Positions 1-10,045 of a DNA stretch of 64,000 bases are shown here, in pieces. The first letter of the stretch is position 1. Each line of letters begins with the position of its first letter. A program made the position numbers and the translations under genes. The DNA comes from an uncultured Clostridia bacterium (GTDB taxonomy: Bacteria > Bacillota > Clostridia > Christensenellales > Borkfalkiaceae). The stretch spans positions 2,385 through 66,384 of the forward strand of contig CALVHR010000008.1 in NCBI GenBank assembly GCA_944328495.1, written 5' to 3'. The notes under the pieces are model-generated. The model saw only the letters and a list, made by a program, of their open reading frames with translations. It ran no database searches and was not told the DNA's origin.

Positions 1-1449
1 ATCGATAAGTTCTCAACATCCAGTCTTGTGACGCGTCAGACGACGGACGTTACAAACGTGCAGATGGCATATATGATGATCATACGTGTCGCGATCCGCT
101 GTCCGCTGATGCTTATATTTTCGCTTGCGATGGCGTTTACGGTGAATGTAACGATATCATGGATATTTGTGGCGCTGGTGCCTGTGCTTGCGGCAGTTTT
201 GGTGGTTGTGATAATCAAAACGCATCCGATTTTTGTGCGTGTATTCAATAAATACGATAACATGAACCGATCGGTTCGCGAAAATATTAAGGGCATACGC
301 GTGGTGAAATCGTTTGTGCGCGAAGATTTTGAAAAGCAAAAGTTTGAGAATGCTTCGGAAGATGTGTGCAAAGACTTTACGCTTGCGGAGCGTATCATGG
401 CGGTGAATGCGCCGGTAATGCAATTTTGCATCTGGCTGTCCTTTCTTTTGATTTTTCTGATTGCATCGCTTTTGACGGCGCACAATCCGGCAAACCCCGT
501 AGGGGAGGAAAAACTGACAGTACTGATCATGTATGCGTCGCAGATTCTTTCTGCGGTCATGCAATTATCGATGGTATTGGTCATGATCATTATTGCGCGG
601 ACGAGTGCCGAGCGTATCGTGGAAGTTCTGAAAGAAAAGAGTAATATCATCTCTCCCGAAAATGCGGTCAAAGAGGTCAAAAACGGGGATATACTGTTTG
701 AGAATGTAAGTTTCAAATACAGCAAGAACGCAGAAAAATTTGCGTTGGAGGGAGTTAACCTTCATATAAAATCCGGTCAGACGATCGGTATTTTAGGCGG
801 GACGGGCGCTTCGAAATCGACGCTTGTCAACCTGATCCCGCGCCTGTATGATACGACGGAGGGGGCGGTGTACGTCGGAGGAGTGAACGTCAAGGATTAC
901 GATCTGGAAACGCTGCGCAACAAAGTGGCGATGGTGTTACAGAAAAACGTATTGTTTTCGGGAACGATCAAAGACAATTTGCGTTGGGGCAAGGAGGATG
1001 CGACGGATGAAGAAATGCTGCGCGTCTGCAAGCTTGCCTGTGCAGATGATTTTATCCAGGCTTTTCCCGACAAGTATGATACATACATCGAGCAAGGCGG
1101 TACAAACGTATCGGGCGGACAGAAACAGCGTCTTTGCATTGCGCGAGCGCTTTTAAAAGATCCGAAGGTGCTCATACTGGACGATTCGACGAGTGCGGTG
1201 GATACCAAGACGGATGCGATGATCCGCAAGTCTTTCCGTGAAGAGATTCCGAATGTGACGAAGATCATTATTGCGCAGCGCGTCTCGTCGGTGCAGGACG
1301 CCGATCAGATCATTGTCATGGACGGCGGCAAGATCAACGCGGTAGGGACGCATGAAGAACTGCTCGCTTCCAATGAGATTTATCGCGAGGTATATTATTC
1401 GCAGAACAAAGTAAGCTCTGCAACCGAAGGAGGTGCGGCGCATGAGTAA
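1..1449 (+). CDS. ABC exporter fused permease/ATPase subunit (heterodimer partner with degenerate ATP site); 5' end cut by window edge
   Basis: Frame 1 is open from nt 1 (IDKFSTSSLVTRQTTDVTNVQ, an ABC-exporter TMD-type motif). Walker A GGTGASKST, signature VSGGQKQR, Walker B ILDDSTSAVD with Asp in place of the catalytic Glu. Confidence 0.9.
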   Translation: MDKFSTSSLVTRQTTDVTNVQMAYMMIIRVAIRCPLMLIFSLAMAFTVNVTISWIFVALVPVLAAVLVVVIIKTHPIFVRVFNKYDNMNRSVRENIKGIRVVKSFVREDFEKQKFENASEDVCKDFTLAERIMAVNAPVMQFCIWLSFLLIFLIASLLTAHNPANPVGEEKLTVLIMYASQILSAVMQLSMVLVMIIIARTSAERIVEVLKEKSNIISPENAVKEVKNGDILFENVSFKYSKNAEKFALEGVNLHIKSGQTIGILGGTGASKSTLVNLIPRLYDTTEGAVYVGGVNVKDYDLETLRNKVAMVLQKNVLFSGTIKDNLRWGKEDATDEEMLRVCKLACADDFIQAFPDKYDTYIEQGGTNVSGGQKQRLCIARALLKDPKVLILDDSTSAVDTKTDAMIRKSFREEIPNVTKIIIAQRVSSVQDADQIIVMDGGKINAVGTHEELLASNEIYREVYYSQNKVSSATEGGAAHE

Positions 1450-3370
1450 GCAGAACATGGCAATGCAGGGCAAACCGAAGATTCATACCTTTAAGTTGCT
1501 TGGCAGGTTGCTGTCATATTTGTTTCATTATTATAAGCTGCGTCTGATTGCCGTATTTATTTGCATCATGATCACGGCGGCGGCAGGTATCAGCTCGTCT
1601 GTCTTTTTAAATCTTGTCATTCAGCAGATCATCGATCCGTTGCGCGGCGGAGCGGCGTGGGAAGAGATCCGCTCGGATCTTATTCTGATCATCGGCGGCA
1701 TGGGCTTGATGTATATAATTGCTTTGGCGGCGTCCTTCTTCTACAATCAGACGATGGCCGTCGTGACGCAGGGCTTTTTGCGGCATGTGCGAAACGATAT
1801 GTTTGCGCGCATGGAGTCGCTCCCGATCCGATATTTTGATACGCATACGCACGGCGATATCATGAGTACGTACACGAATGATACGGATGCTTTGCGCCAG
1901 CTGATTTCCATGAGCATTCCGCAGGTTTATTATTCGATCGTGGCATCGCTTGTGCTGTTCGTGATCATGCTTTTGATGAGCTTGTGGCTGATGTTTGTCG
2001 TATTTTTCGGCGTAGCGCTGATGGCGGTCGTGGCAAAATATGTGGGCAGCCGCAGCGCGCGGTATTTTATCCGCCAGCAGGAAGCGATCGGCAAAACGGA
2101 AGGCTATGTTGAAGAAATGATGGGCGGGCAAAAGGTTATCAAGGTCTTTTGTCACGAAGAGCGGGCGAAGGAAGATTTTGATAAGATCAACGATCAACTT
2201 TGCGATGCATCCGACAAAGCGAACGCTTACGGCAACATATTGATGCCTGCGGTCATGAATATCGGGCATTTTGCGTTCGTATTGGTAGCGATTGTGGCAG
2301 GGCTATTGGTTCTGTTCGGTGCGGAAAACTTTTCGGTGACGGGCTGGGGTGTTCTGACAGGGGCAACCATTGCAACGTTTTTAAATATGTCGCGGCAGTT
2401 TTCTCTGAACATTGGTCAGGTTTCCATGCAGATCAACTCAGTCGTCATGGGGCTTGCGGGCGCAGGACGTATTTTTGAACTTTTGGATGAACAGCCGGAG
2501 CAGGATGAAGGGTATGTGACGCTTGTCAATGCAAAGATCGACGGGGACGGCAACATAACGGAATGCGCGGAACGCACAGGCAAATGGGCATGGCGTCACC
2601 CGCATCAGGCAGACGGTTCGGTCACGTATACGGAGCTGAAAGGCGATATTCGGTTGCTTGACGTCGATTTCGGATATGTACCCGAAAAGATCGTGCTTCA
2701 CAATGTCAGTATTTATGCGAAGCCTGGGCAGAAGATCGCGTTTGTCGGTGCGACGGGTGCGGGCAAGACGACGATCACAAATCTTTTGAATCGTTTTTAT
2801 GATATCGCGGACGGCAAGATCCGTTACGATGGGATCAACATCAATAAGATTAAGAAAGCGGATTTGCGTCGGTCAATGGGGATTGTTTTGCAGGATACGA
2901 ACCTGTTTACCGGTACGATCATGGAGAACATCCGCTACGGAAAACTGGATGCGACGGACGAGGAATGTATAGAGGCGGCAAAACTTGCCAATGCGCACGA
3001 TTTTATCACGCGTCTTCCCGAAGGGTACAACACGGTGCTTCGCCATGAGGCATCCAACCTTTCGCAGGGGCAGCGTCAGCTCATATCCATTGCGCGTGCA
3101 GCGGTGGCGGATCCTCCCGTCATGATATTGGATGAAGCGACATCATCCATCGATACGCGTACCGAAGCTCTTGTGCAGAAGGGTATGGATGCGCTGATGC
3201 AGGGCAGAACAGTCTTTGTGATCGCGCACAGGCTTTCCACGATTCAGAACTCGGATGCGATCATGGTGCTCGATCACGGCCGTATTATCGAACGCGGTTC
3301 GCACGATCAGCTCATTGCGCAGAAGGGTGTCTACTATCAGCTGTATACGGGTGCGTTTGAACTCGAATAA
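1442..3370 (+). CDS. ABC exporter fused permease/ATPase subunit (consensus ATP site)
   Basis: AGGAGG lies 8 nt before the ATG at 1442, which overlaps the upstream stop. Walker A GATGAGKTT, signature LSQGQRQL, Walker B MILDEATSSID. About 40 extra residues sit between TMD and NBD. Confidence 0.9.
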   Translation: MSKQNMAMQGKPKIHTFKLLGRLLSYLFHYYKLRLIAVFICIMITAAAGISSSVFLNLVIQQIIDPLRGGAAWEEIRSDLILIIGGMGLMYIIALAASFFYNQTMAVVTQGFLRHVRNDMFARMESLPIRYFDTHTHGDIMSTYTNDTDALRQLISMSIPQVYYSIVASLVLFVIMLLMSLWLMFVVFFGVALMAVVAKYVGSRSARYFIRQQEAIGKTEGYVEEMMGGQKVIKVFCHEERAKEDFDKINDQLCDASDKANAYGNILMPAVMNIGHFAFVLVAIVAGLLVLFGAENFSVTGWGVLTGATIATFLNMSRQFSLNIGQVSMQINSVVMGLAGAGRIFELLDEQPEQDEGYVTLVNAKIDGDGNITECAERTGKWAWRHPHQADGSVTYTELKGDIRLLDVDFGYVPEKIVLHNVSIYAKPGQKIAFVGATGAGKTTITNLLNRFYDIADGKIRYDGININKIKKADLRRSMGIVLQDTNLFTGTIMENIRYGKLDATDEECIEAAKLANAHDFITRLPEGYNTVLRHEASNLSQGQRQLISIARAAVADPPVMILDEATSSIDTRTEALVQKGMDALMQGRTVFVIAHRLSTIQNSDAIMVLDHGRIIERGSHDQLIAQKGVYYQLYTGAFELE

Positions 3371-3382
3371 ATGAAAATAGCC

Positions 3383-3425
3383 GCCGCCGCTCAACAGAGC
3401 AGCGGCGGCTTAGCGTATTTTTGGT
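3383..3425. terminator. GC hairpin between convergent ABC exporter and PPTase genes
   Basis: GCCGCCGCT / AGCGGCGGC 9-bp stem, followed by a T-rich tract a few nt downstream. Confidence 0.5.
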
Positions 3426-3429
3426 TTGA

Positions 3430-3945
3430 TCAAAGTTCGAAATCGACGTGTCGGAGGTTGATTTTTGTATAAAAACCGCACGCGCTGAAAATGTAATCGT
3501 CCAATTCAAATTGCACGACGGGGATATTTATATCTTCTCCGGAGCAATAAATTTTCCCGCGATAAAACTCGACTTTCCGCCAATATGCGGCAAGTGTTTC
3601 CCCGATGTGTTTAATATAGCTTTCGCGGGCAGTCCAGTGACTGTAAAAATCTGCAGAGCTTTGAATCTCGCTTTTTTCGCGCTCGCTGAATTTGCTCAGG
3701 ACGGCGGGGCGCGGTTTTCCCAGCCTGTACTCGCAGTCCAGTCCGACACGTTTTTTCCCGACGGCAAGAGCAGTCATTTGCCTGCTGTGCGTGAGATTGA
3801 AATGGATTTTGCTGCTTTCGATAAACGGTTTGCCGTGAATCGATTTACAAATCGTCGGATTTGGTATATTATAATACCTGCGGAGAACAAATCGGATAAA
3901 ATCTTCCGAGCCGACCTTGTTCAGCGTATAATAAATATCTAACAT
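3430..3945 (-). CDS. 4'-phosphopantetheinyl transferase, Sfp type
   Basis: Internal Met (MLDIYY) of the 351-aa ORF is taken as the start. Motifs GKPF..FNLTHS, GLDCE and WTARESYIKHIG match the PPTase W/KEA signature. Confidence 0.8.
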   Translation of the reverse strand: MLDIYYTLNKVGSEDFIRFVLRRYYNIPNPTICKSIHGKPFIESSKIHFNLTHSRQMTALAVGKKRVGLDCEYRLGKPRPAVLSKFSEREKSEIQSSADFYSHWTARESYIKHIGETLAAYWRKVEFYRGKIYCSGEDINIPVVQFELDDYIFSACGFYTKINLRHVDFEL

Positions 3946-4020
3946 ACTTATATTATACCATACATTTTTGATATTGCAAGGCTTATTTAAATTTTGTACA
4001 AATTTACCGGGAGGGTAATC

Positions 4021-4488
4021 ATGCGCGGAGAGATCGCAAAAAGAAATTTTATGAGCGGAATGAATTGCAGTCAATCCGTTCTGCTTGCGTTTTCGGATCT
4101 GACGGGACTGGACGAAGCGACCGCATTGAAAATGGCGGCGCCGTTCGGGGGCGGGGTCGGACGAATGCGAGAAGTATGCGGAACGGTATCGGGCATGTGC
4201 ATGGTGCTGGGCATGCTGTATTATGATCCGAAGCAGATCACCGTTTCGGAAAAATCTTCGCTGTATGCGCGGGAGCAGGAAGTGGCGCGCAGGTTTCGTG
4301 AAAAAAACGGTTCGATTGTATGCCGTGAACTGCTTTCCGGCGTTCGGACGGATTCCGTTCCGCAGGCGGAAGAGCGTACAAAAGAATATTATAAAAAGCG
4401 CCCTTGTGCCGATTTGTGTTCGGATGCGGCAGAAATTTTGGAAGAATATCTGAAAGAGCAGGGTGTATTGGCGGAGGCAGAGCAATGA
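4021..4488 (+). CDS. C_GCAxxG_C_C family protein
   Basis: GGGAGGG RBS before the ATG at 4021. Spaced cysteines MNCSQS, EVCGTVSGMC, IVCRELL and RPCADLC are typical of the family. Confidence 0.8.
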   Translation: MRGEIAKRNFMSGMNCSQSVLLAFSDLTGLDEATALKMAAPFGGGVGRMREVCGTVSGMCMVLGMLYYDPKQITVSEKSSLYAREQEVARRFREKNGSIVCRELLSGVRTDSVPQAEERTKEYYKKRPCADLCSDAAEILEEYLKEQGVLAEAEQ

Positions 4489-5378
4489 TTTTTACGTTAA
4501 CGCTCAATCCTGCTTTGGATTATAAAGTTCGGCTGGATAAGTTATGCGCGGGCGGATTGAATCGTGCACAGCAGGAAAAAATATTTGTGGGCGGGAAGGG
4601 GATCAACGTATCCATGATGTTGAAGAATCTCGGCGTCCCTTCGACGGCTCTGGGGTTTGTCGCCGGGGAAGCGGGCGAGCTGATCCGCTCCATTACCGAG
4701 ACGGCGGGGGTGCATACAGATTTTATACGGGTAGAGGGACAGAGCAGGGTCAATATAAAGATCCTGGCGGAGTGTGAAACGGAGATCAACGGCAAAGGCC
4801 CGCTGATTCCGGACGGCGCGATGGAGCTTTTGAAAGAGCAGCTTGGACAACTGCCGCAGGACAGCATTCTCGTTTTGGCGGGTAATGCGGGCGGCGGTTT
4901 GCCGCAGGATATTTATGCCCGCATCATTGCGGGGTTGCGCGAAGATATACGGGTAGTGGCGGATGTTTCCGGCAAAACGCTGCGTACGGTCTTGCCGGGG
5001 CGCCCGTGGTTGATCAAACCGAACCGCGATGAATTGTGTGAAGCGTTCGGGGTACAATCGATTTCGGCAGAACAAGCGATCCCCTTTGCGCACAGGTTGC
5101 AGGAAATGGGCGCGGCGAATGTGGTCGTCAGCTTGGGTGGAGACGGTGCCGCGGCGGTTACGGAAAACGGCGCAGAAATTTATGTTCCCGCATTTGGCGG
5201 CAAGGTCATCGATACGGTGGGAGCGGGCGATTCCCTGCTTGCAGGATATCTCTTTGCGAAAGAACGCGGCGAAGACGAAGTTGCAGCACTCCGCATGGGA
5301 GTAGCCGCCGGATGTGCGTCTGCGTTCCGTTACGGGCTTGCGACCGCGGAAGAAGTGTATGCGCTGCTGAACGGGTAA
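4485..5378 (+). CDS. PfkB-family sugar-phosphate kinase (1-phosphofructokinase / tagatose-6-P kinase type)
   Basis: ATGA start/stop overlap with the upstream gene. MIFTLTLNPALDY...GGKGINVS N-terminus and C-terminal TVGAGDS motif. Confidence 0.85.
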   Translation: MIFTLTLNPALDYKVRLDKLCAGGLNRAQQEKIFVGGKGINVSMMLKNLGVPSTALGFVAGEAGELIRSITETAGVHTDFIRVEGQSRVNIKILAECETEINGKGPLIPDGAMELLKEQLGQLPQDSILVLAGNAGGGLPQDIYARIIAGLREDIRVVADVSGKTLRTVLPGRPWLIKPNRDELCEAFGVQSISAEQAIPFAHRLQEMGAANVVVSLGGDGAAAVTENGAEIYVPAFGGKVIDTVGAGDSLLAGYLFAKERGEDEVAALRMGVAAGCASAFRYGLATAEEVYALLNG

Positions 5379-5615
5379 ATCGATGCGGCAATTAGCTTGT
5401 CGTCGCAAAGCGCAAACGAGAGGAGGAAACAGCGCCGCCGTAATGATTACGGCGGCGCAGTTCTTAAAAATAGAAAGCTTGCCGGAGTATGTTTCGGGAG
5501 CATGTGCGGAAATGCGAAATAAGTATTTTACAACCGTGTTCGATGGGTTTATACTATATACAGAAAAATTTGTTAAGTCATGAGCGATCGGGGCTGTTTG
5601 CAAAGGAGGTCTGAA

Positions 5616-6146
5616 ATGAACAAAATATTGACAGCTTATTTTTCGAGGAAGGGGCAGAACTATTGGAAAGGGGAAATTCGCGACCTTGAAAAGGGAAATA
5701 CGGAAATTGTCGCAGAATACATACGCGAGGCGGTTGGCGGCGACCTTTTCGAGATCAGGACTGTCAAAGAATATGCGAAAGAGTATCGTGCTTGTTGCGC
5801 AGAAGCGCATCGCGAATTGCAGGGCGGAGTACGGCCTGCTTTGAAGGAGTGTCCTGCCGATCTTGACGGGTATGATATTATTTTTGTGGGGTATCCGAAC
5901 TGGTGTGGGACGATGCCCATGGCGGTCGCGGCATTTCTTGAAAAATACGATCTCGGCGGAAAAAAGATCATTCCGTTTTGTACGAACGAGGGGAGCGGTA
6001 TGGGCAGAAGCGAAGAAGATCTGAAAAGAATATGCGTAGATGCGCAGGTGTTGAAGGGGTTATCTGTACGCGGCAGCGAGGCGGCGGCGAGCAGAGATGC
6101 CGTTGTACGGTGGGCGCAGGAAGCTGTAAAAATTTGCAAACGATAA
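5616..6146 (+). CDS. flavodoxin family protein
   Basis: AAGGAGG RBS. MNKILTAYFSRKG, VGYPNWCGTMP and IPFCTNEGSG flavodoxin-like motifs. Confidence 0.8.
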   Translation: MNKILTAYFSRKGQNYWKGEIRDLEKGNTEIVAEYIREAVGGDLFEIRTVKEYAKEYRACCAEAHRELQGGVRPALKECPADLDGYDIIFVGYPNWCGTMPMAVAAFLEKYDLGGKKIIPFCTNEGSGMGRSEEDLKRICVDAQVLKGLSVRGSEAAASRDAVVRWAQEAVKICKR

Positions 6147-6189
6147 AATGAAACGCTGCGATGTTCATTTACGGAGGGTTAGGAAATTT

Positions 6190-6726
6190 ATGAAGAAGGT
6201 ATTGATTTTATCGGGAAGCCCGCGGAAGGGCGGGAATTCCGATCTTTTGTGTGACGAGTTTTTGCGCGGGGCTTTGGAGAGCGGCAATTCAGCGGAAAAG
6301 ATCCGCGTGTCGGAAAAGAAAGTAGGATATTGCCGCGGCTGTTATTATTGCGAAGCGAACGGCGGAGAGTGCGTCAATCGCGACGACATGAAAGAAATTC
6401 TGCAAAAGATGATCGATGCGGACGTGATCGTTTTGGCGAGTCCCGTATATTTTTATTCGATCGATGCGCAGCTGAAGACAGTTTTGGACAGGACGGTTGC
6501 GCGTTGGACAGAAGTGAAGAATAAAGAATTTTACTACATAATGACGGCGGCGGATGAAGCGCGCGAGTCGATGCAGACTACGCTTGCGTGCTTTCGCGGT
6601 TATGCCGATTGTGTGGAAGGAGCCAAAGAATGCGGCGTGATTTACGGGACAGGCGTGTATGAACGGGGAGAGATCCGAAACAAACCCGCTTTTTCGGAGG
6701 CTTACACAATGGGTAAACGGGTATAG
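6190..6726 (+). CDS. NAD(P)H-dependent FMN reductase-like / iron-sulfur flavoprotein
   Basis: MKKVLILSGSPRKGGNS N-terminus and CRGCYYC cysteine cluster. Ends in TAG. Confidence 0.8.
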   Translation: MKKVLILSGSPRKGGNSDLLCDEFLRGALESGNSAEKIRVSEKKVGYCRGCYYCEANGGECVNRDDMKEILQKMIDADVIVLASPVYFYSIDAQLKTVLDRTVARWTEVKNKEFYYIMTAADEARESMQTTLACFRGYADCVEGAKECGVIYGTGVYERGEIRNKPAFSEAYTMGKRV

Positions 6727-6788
6727 GGCTTATGGAGAAAATGGGCAGTTTAGACTCAAACACAAAGTCAGCAAGTGAAAGGTGAATG

Positions 6789-6830
6789 AAAGCGGCGGCG
6801 CCGTCCCGAAGGGGGCGCCGCCGCTTTTTA
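6789..6830 (+). terminator. intrinsic terminator after flavoprotein genes
   Basis: GCGGCGGCGCC / GGCGCCGCCGC 11-bp stem followed by TTTTT. Confidence 0.8.
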
Positions 6831-6844
6831 AATATTAACGGCGA

Positions 6845-6882
6845 GCCGACCCTGCGCTATAAACGCAGGGTCGGCTTTTTTT
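6845..6882 (+). terminator. second tandem intrinsic terminator
   Basis: GCCGACCCTGCG / CGCAGGGTCGGC 12-bp stem followed by TTTTTTT. Confidence 0.8.
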
Positions 6883-6891
6883 ATGAATTTT

Positions 6892-7815
6892 TTATGAATA
6901 TAATTTCAATAAAGATTTGGCGCGTTCGCGGACCGTATCGGCGAGAGAGGCGGGGGCGAGAATGCGGATGCCGTCGCCGAAGCTGAGTAACTTCGAGATC
7001 AACACTTCGCCGGCGGGCAGCGTTGCCTCCGCGATCAATTCTCCGTTTGCGGTGCGCACGTTTCCTATGCCAAGCCATTCTTCCATATCGGGCAGGGCTT
7101 TTTTCTGTACGGCAAGTTTGACCTCGATTAGTTCCGTGTTTTCGAAATCAAATTTCAGAGGAAGTTTGTCCCGATCGATCTCCCGTTTTTGAAAGGTTTC
7201 GTCCAATACGCGCGCGCTGCGTACCCGCCCGATGCGGAACAGGCGAAAATCTTTCCTTGCGCGGCACCAAGCGTATATATACCATATGTTTTGTTTATAA
7301 ATCAAAAGATGCGGTTCGATGATGCGTCGGCTTTCGGCACCGCTGCGGTCGATGTAATTGATTTCGAGACAGCGGCAGGTTTCCGTAGCGTCTTCGAACA
7401 CTTTCAGTTTCTCCGAGAAATCGTAGGCATCTCCCCATGTCCCGCTGTCGACGAGAATGTTTCCCGATAATGACAGGTCGCGGCTGGACCGCTTTTGCCC
7501 CTGACTGAGTTTTTCCAAAGCGTGCAAAAGGGTTTCGTCGCGGAGCTGATCATATAGGGCGCCCAAGGCATTCACGGCCGCCGCATATTCCTCGCGCGTA
7601 AAAAAGTTTTCGGGCAAACGGTAGGTGTCCGGCAGGAATATTCCGCCGTTGCGTCCGCGTATAATATCGAGCGGGACACCTGAGACGATCAATTCTTCCA
7701 CGTAGCGATAAATACTCCGTTCGGAAACATCGTTTCGTGCGGCGAGTTCTGCCGCGCTGGCTTTACGCTTTTTTAAGAGTGTAAAGAGAATTTGCATCAT
7801 CACTTGAAATTTCAT
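6892..7815 (-). CDS. HTH + WYL domain transcriptional regulator (YafY/PafBC-like)
   Basis: N-terminal HTH ASAAELAARNDVSERSIYRYVEEL and central WYL-type block NIWYIYAWCRARKDFRLFRIGRV. Confidence 0.85.
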   Translation of the reverse strand: MKFQVMMQILFTLLKKRKASAAELAARNDVSERSIYRYVEELIVSGVPLDIIRGRNGGIFLPDTYRLPENFFTREEYAAAVNALGALYDQLRDETLLHALEKLSQGQKRSSRDLSLSGNILVDSGTWGDAYDFSEKLKVFEDATETCRCLEINYIDRSGAESRRIIEPHLLIYKQNIWYIYAWCRARKDFRLFRIGRVRSARVLDETFQKREIDRDKLPLKFDFENTELIEVKLAVQKKALPDMEEWLGIGNVRTANGELIAEATLPAGEVLISKLLSFGDGIRILAPASLADTVRERAKSLLKLYS

Positions 7816-7850
7816 GTCGTTCCCCCGAAATAATTTTAAATTTCAAAAAT

Positions 7851-7879
7851 ATTATAATATATATGACAATATCTGTCAA
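7851..7879 (-). promoter_or_regulatory. consensus sigma-A promoter of the WYL regulator, overlapped by the palindrome TGACA-N5-TGTCA (7864-7878)
   Basis: On the minus strand, TTGACA (7879-7874), a 17-nt spacer and TATAAT (7856-7851). The palindrome covers the -35 and spacer. Confidence 0.65.
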
Positions 7880-7926
7880 GTATTATTCTTTATAATGTAT
7901 TTGTAAAAGACAGGAGGACAAGTTTC

Positions 7927-8313
7927 GTGCGTATGTTTGATGTTATTTTTAAGATCATGTTTAAAAAGAGAGAAAATGCGCGAGCGTATGCGGCAGATCG
8001 GGTGGAGGCGTCGGCGAAGAAATACAGGGTAACGCGATGTGACGAACCGACATCGAAGCCGATATTTTCGCCTGTGTTTTCATCAAGGGCGGAGACGGAA
8101 GCAGATCGGAAAGACATGTGGGAATTGCTGTTGCGCGTTGCGGCGTTCGGGGCGAAGCGTACGGCGGGTGCCGGTATCAAAGAAAGCGTGTCGGCTTATC
8201 AGGAGCGCGAAAAAATTTGTCGGGAAGAAAAACAGGATGACGAATTCTTTGCTCCGCTTGCAGCGCTTCAGGGGTTAAACGTAGCGGAACGGATCCGCGC
8301 GAGCGAAAGATAG
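7927..8313 (+). CDS. hypothetical protein (128 aa), divergent from WYL regulator
   Basis: GGAGG lies 9 nt before the GTG at 7927 (an ATG follows at 7933). No motif recognised. Ends in TAG. Confidence 0.5.
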   Translation: MRMFDVIFKIMFKKRENARAYAADRVEASAKKYRVTRCDEPTSKPIFSPVFSSRAETEADRKDMWELLLRVAAFGAKRTAGAGIKESVSAYQEREKICREEKQDDEFFAPLAALQGLNVAERIRASER

Positions 8314-8368
8314 GAGCTGGTTATAGATATTATAAGATATAGTTATAGATTAAGATATAAAATATTAA

Positions 8369-8397
8369 TTGCAAAATTCGGAAAATATTGTTATAAT
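8369..8397 (+). promoter_or_regulatory. gdhA promoter
   Basis: TTGCAA, 17-nt spacer, TATAAT with extended TGt, about 38 nt upstream of the gdhA ATG. Confidence 0.6.
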
Positions 8398-8404
8398 AAA
8401 ATAA

Positions 8405-9769
<1,365 letters not shown>

Positions 9770-10045
9770 TCGCGCAGAGGTGCCGAATAATTGTGATTAC
9801 CGTTCGGAGAAGAAAAATTTTTCGATTGGGTATGAAGCGGCGGGGGACAAAAACGTTCTCCGCCGCTTTTAATGAAGATTCGCGGTATGACAGGCAGAAA
9901 AAGGCGGAAAATGTGTAAAATCACAAAAATTTTGCGAATGGTTTTGTACAATTGTTGACAGGGAGAGCGTTTTGTTTTAAAATAAAATAAAGCAGTAAAA
10001 ACCCTGCTAAGACGAAAAAAAACGGATCCTACAGGAGGTCTTTTT

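Noticed and set aside
6892-8313. WYL regulator as marker of an anti-phage defence island
   Set aside because: No nuclease, helicase, methylase, Cas, toxin or other defence-type gene is adjacent, and the neighbours are flavoproteins and gdhA. I kept it only as a regulator-plus-orphan-gene observation.
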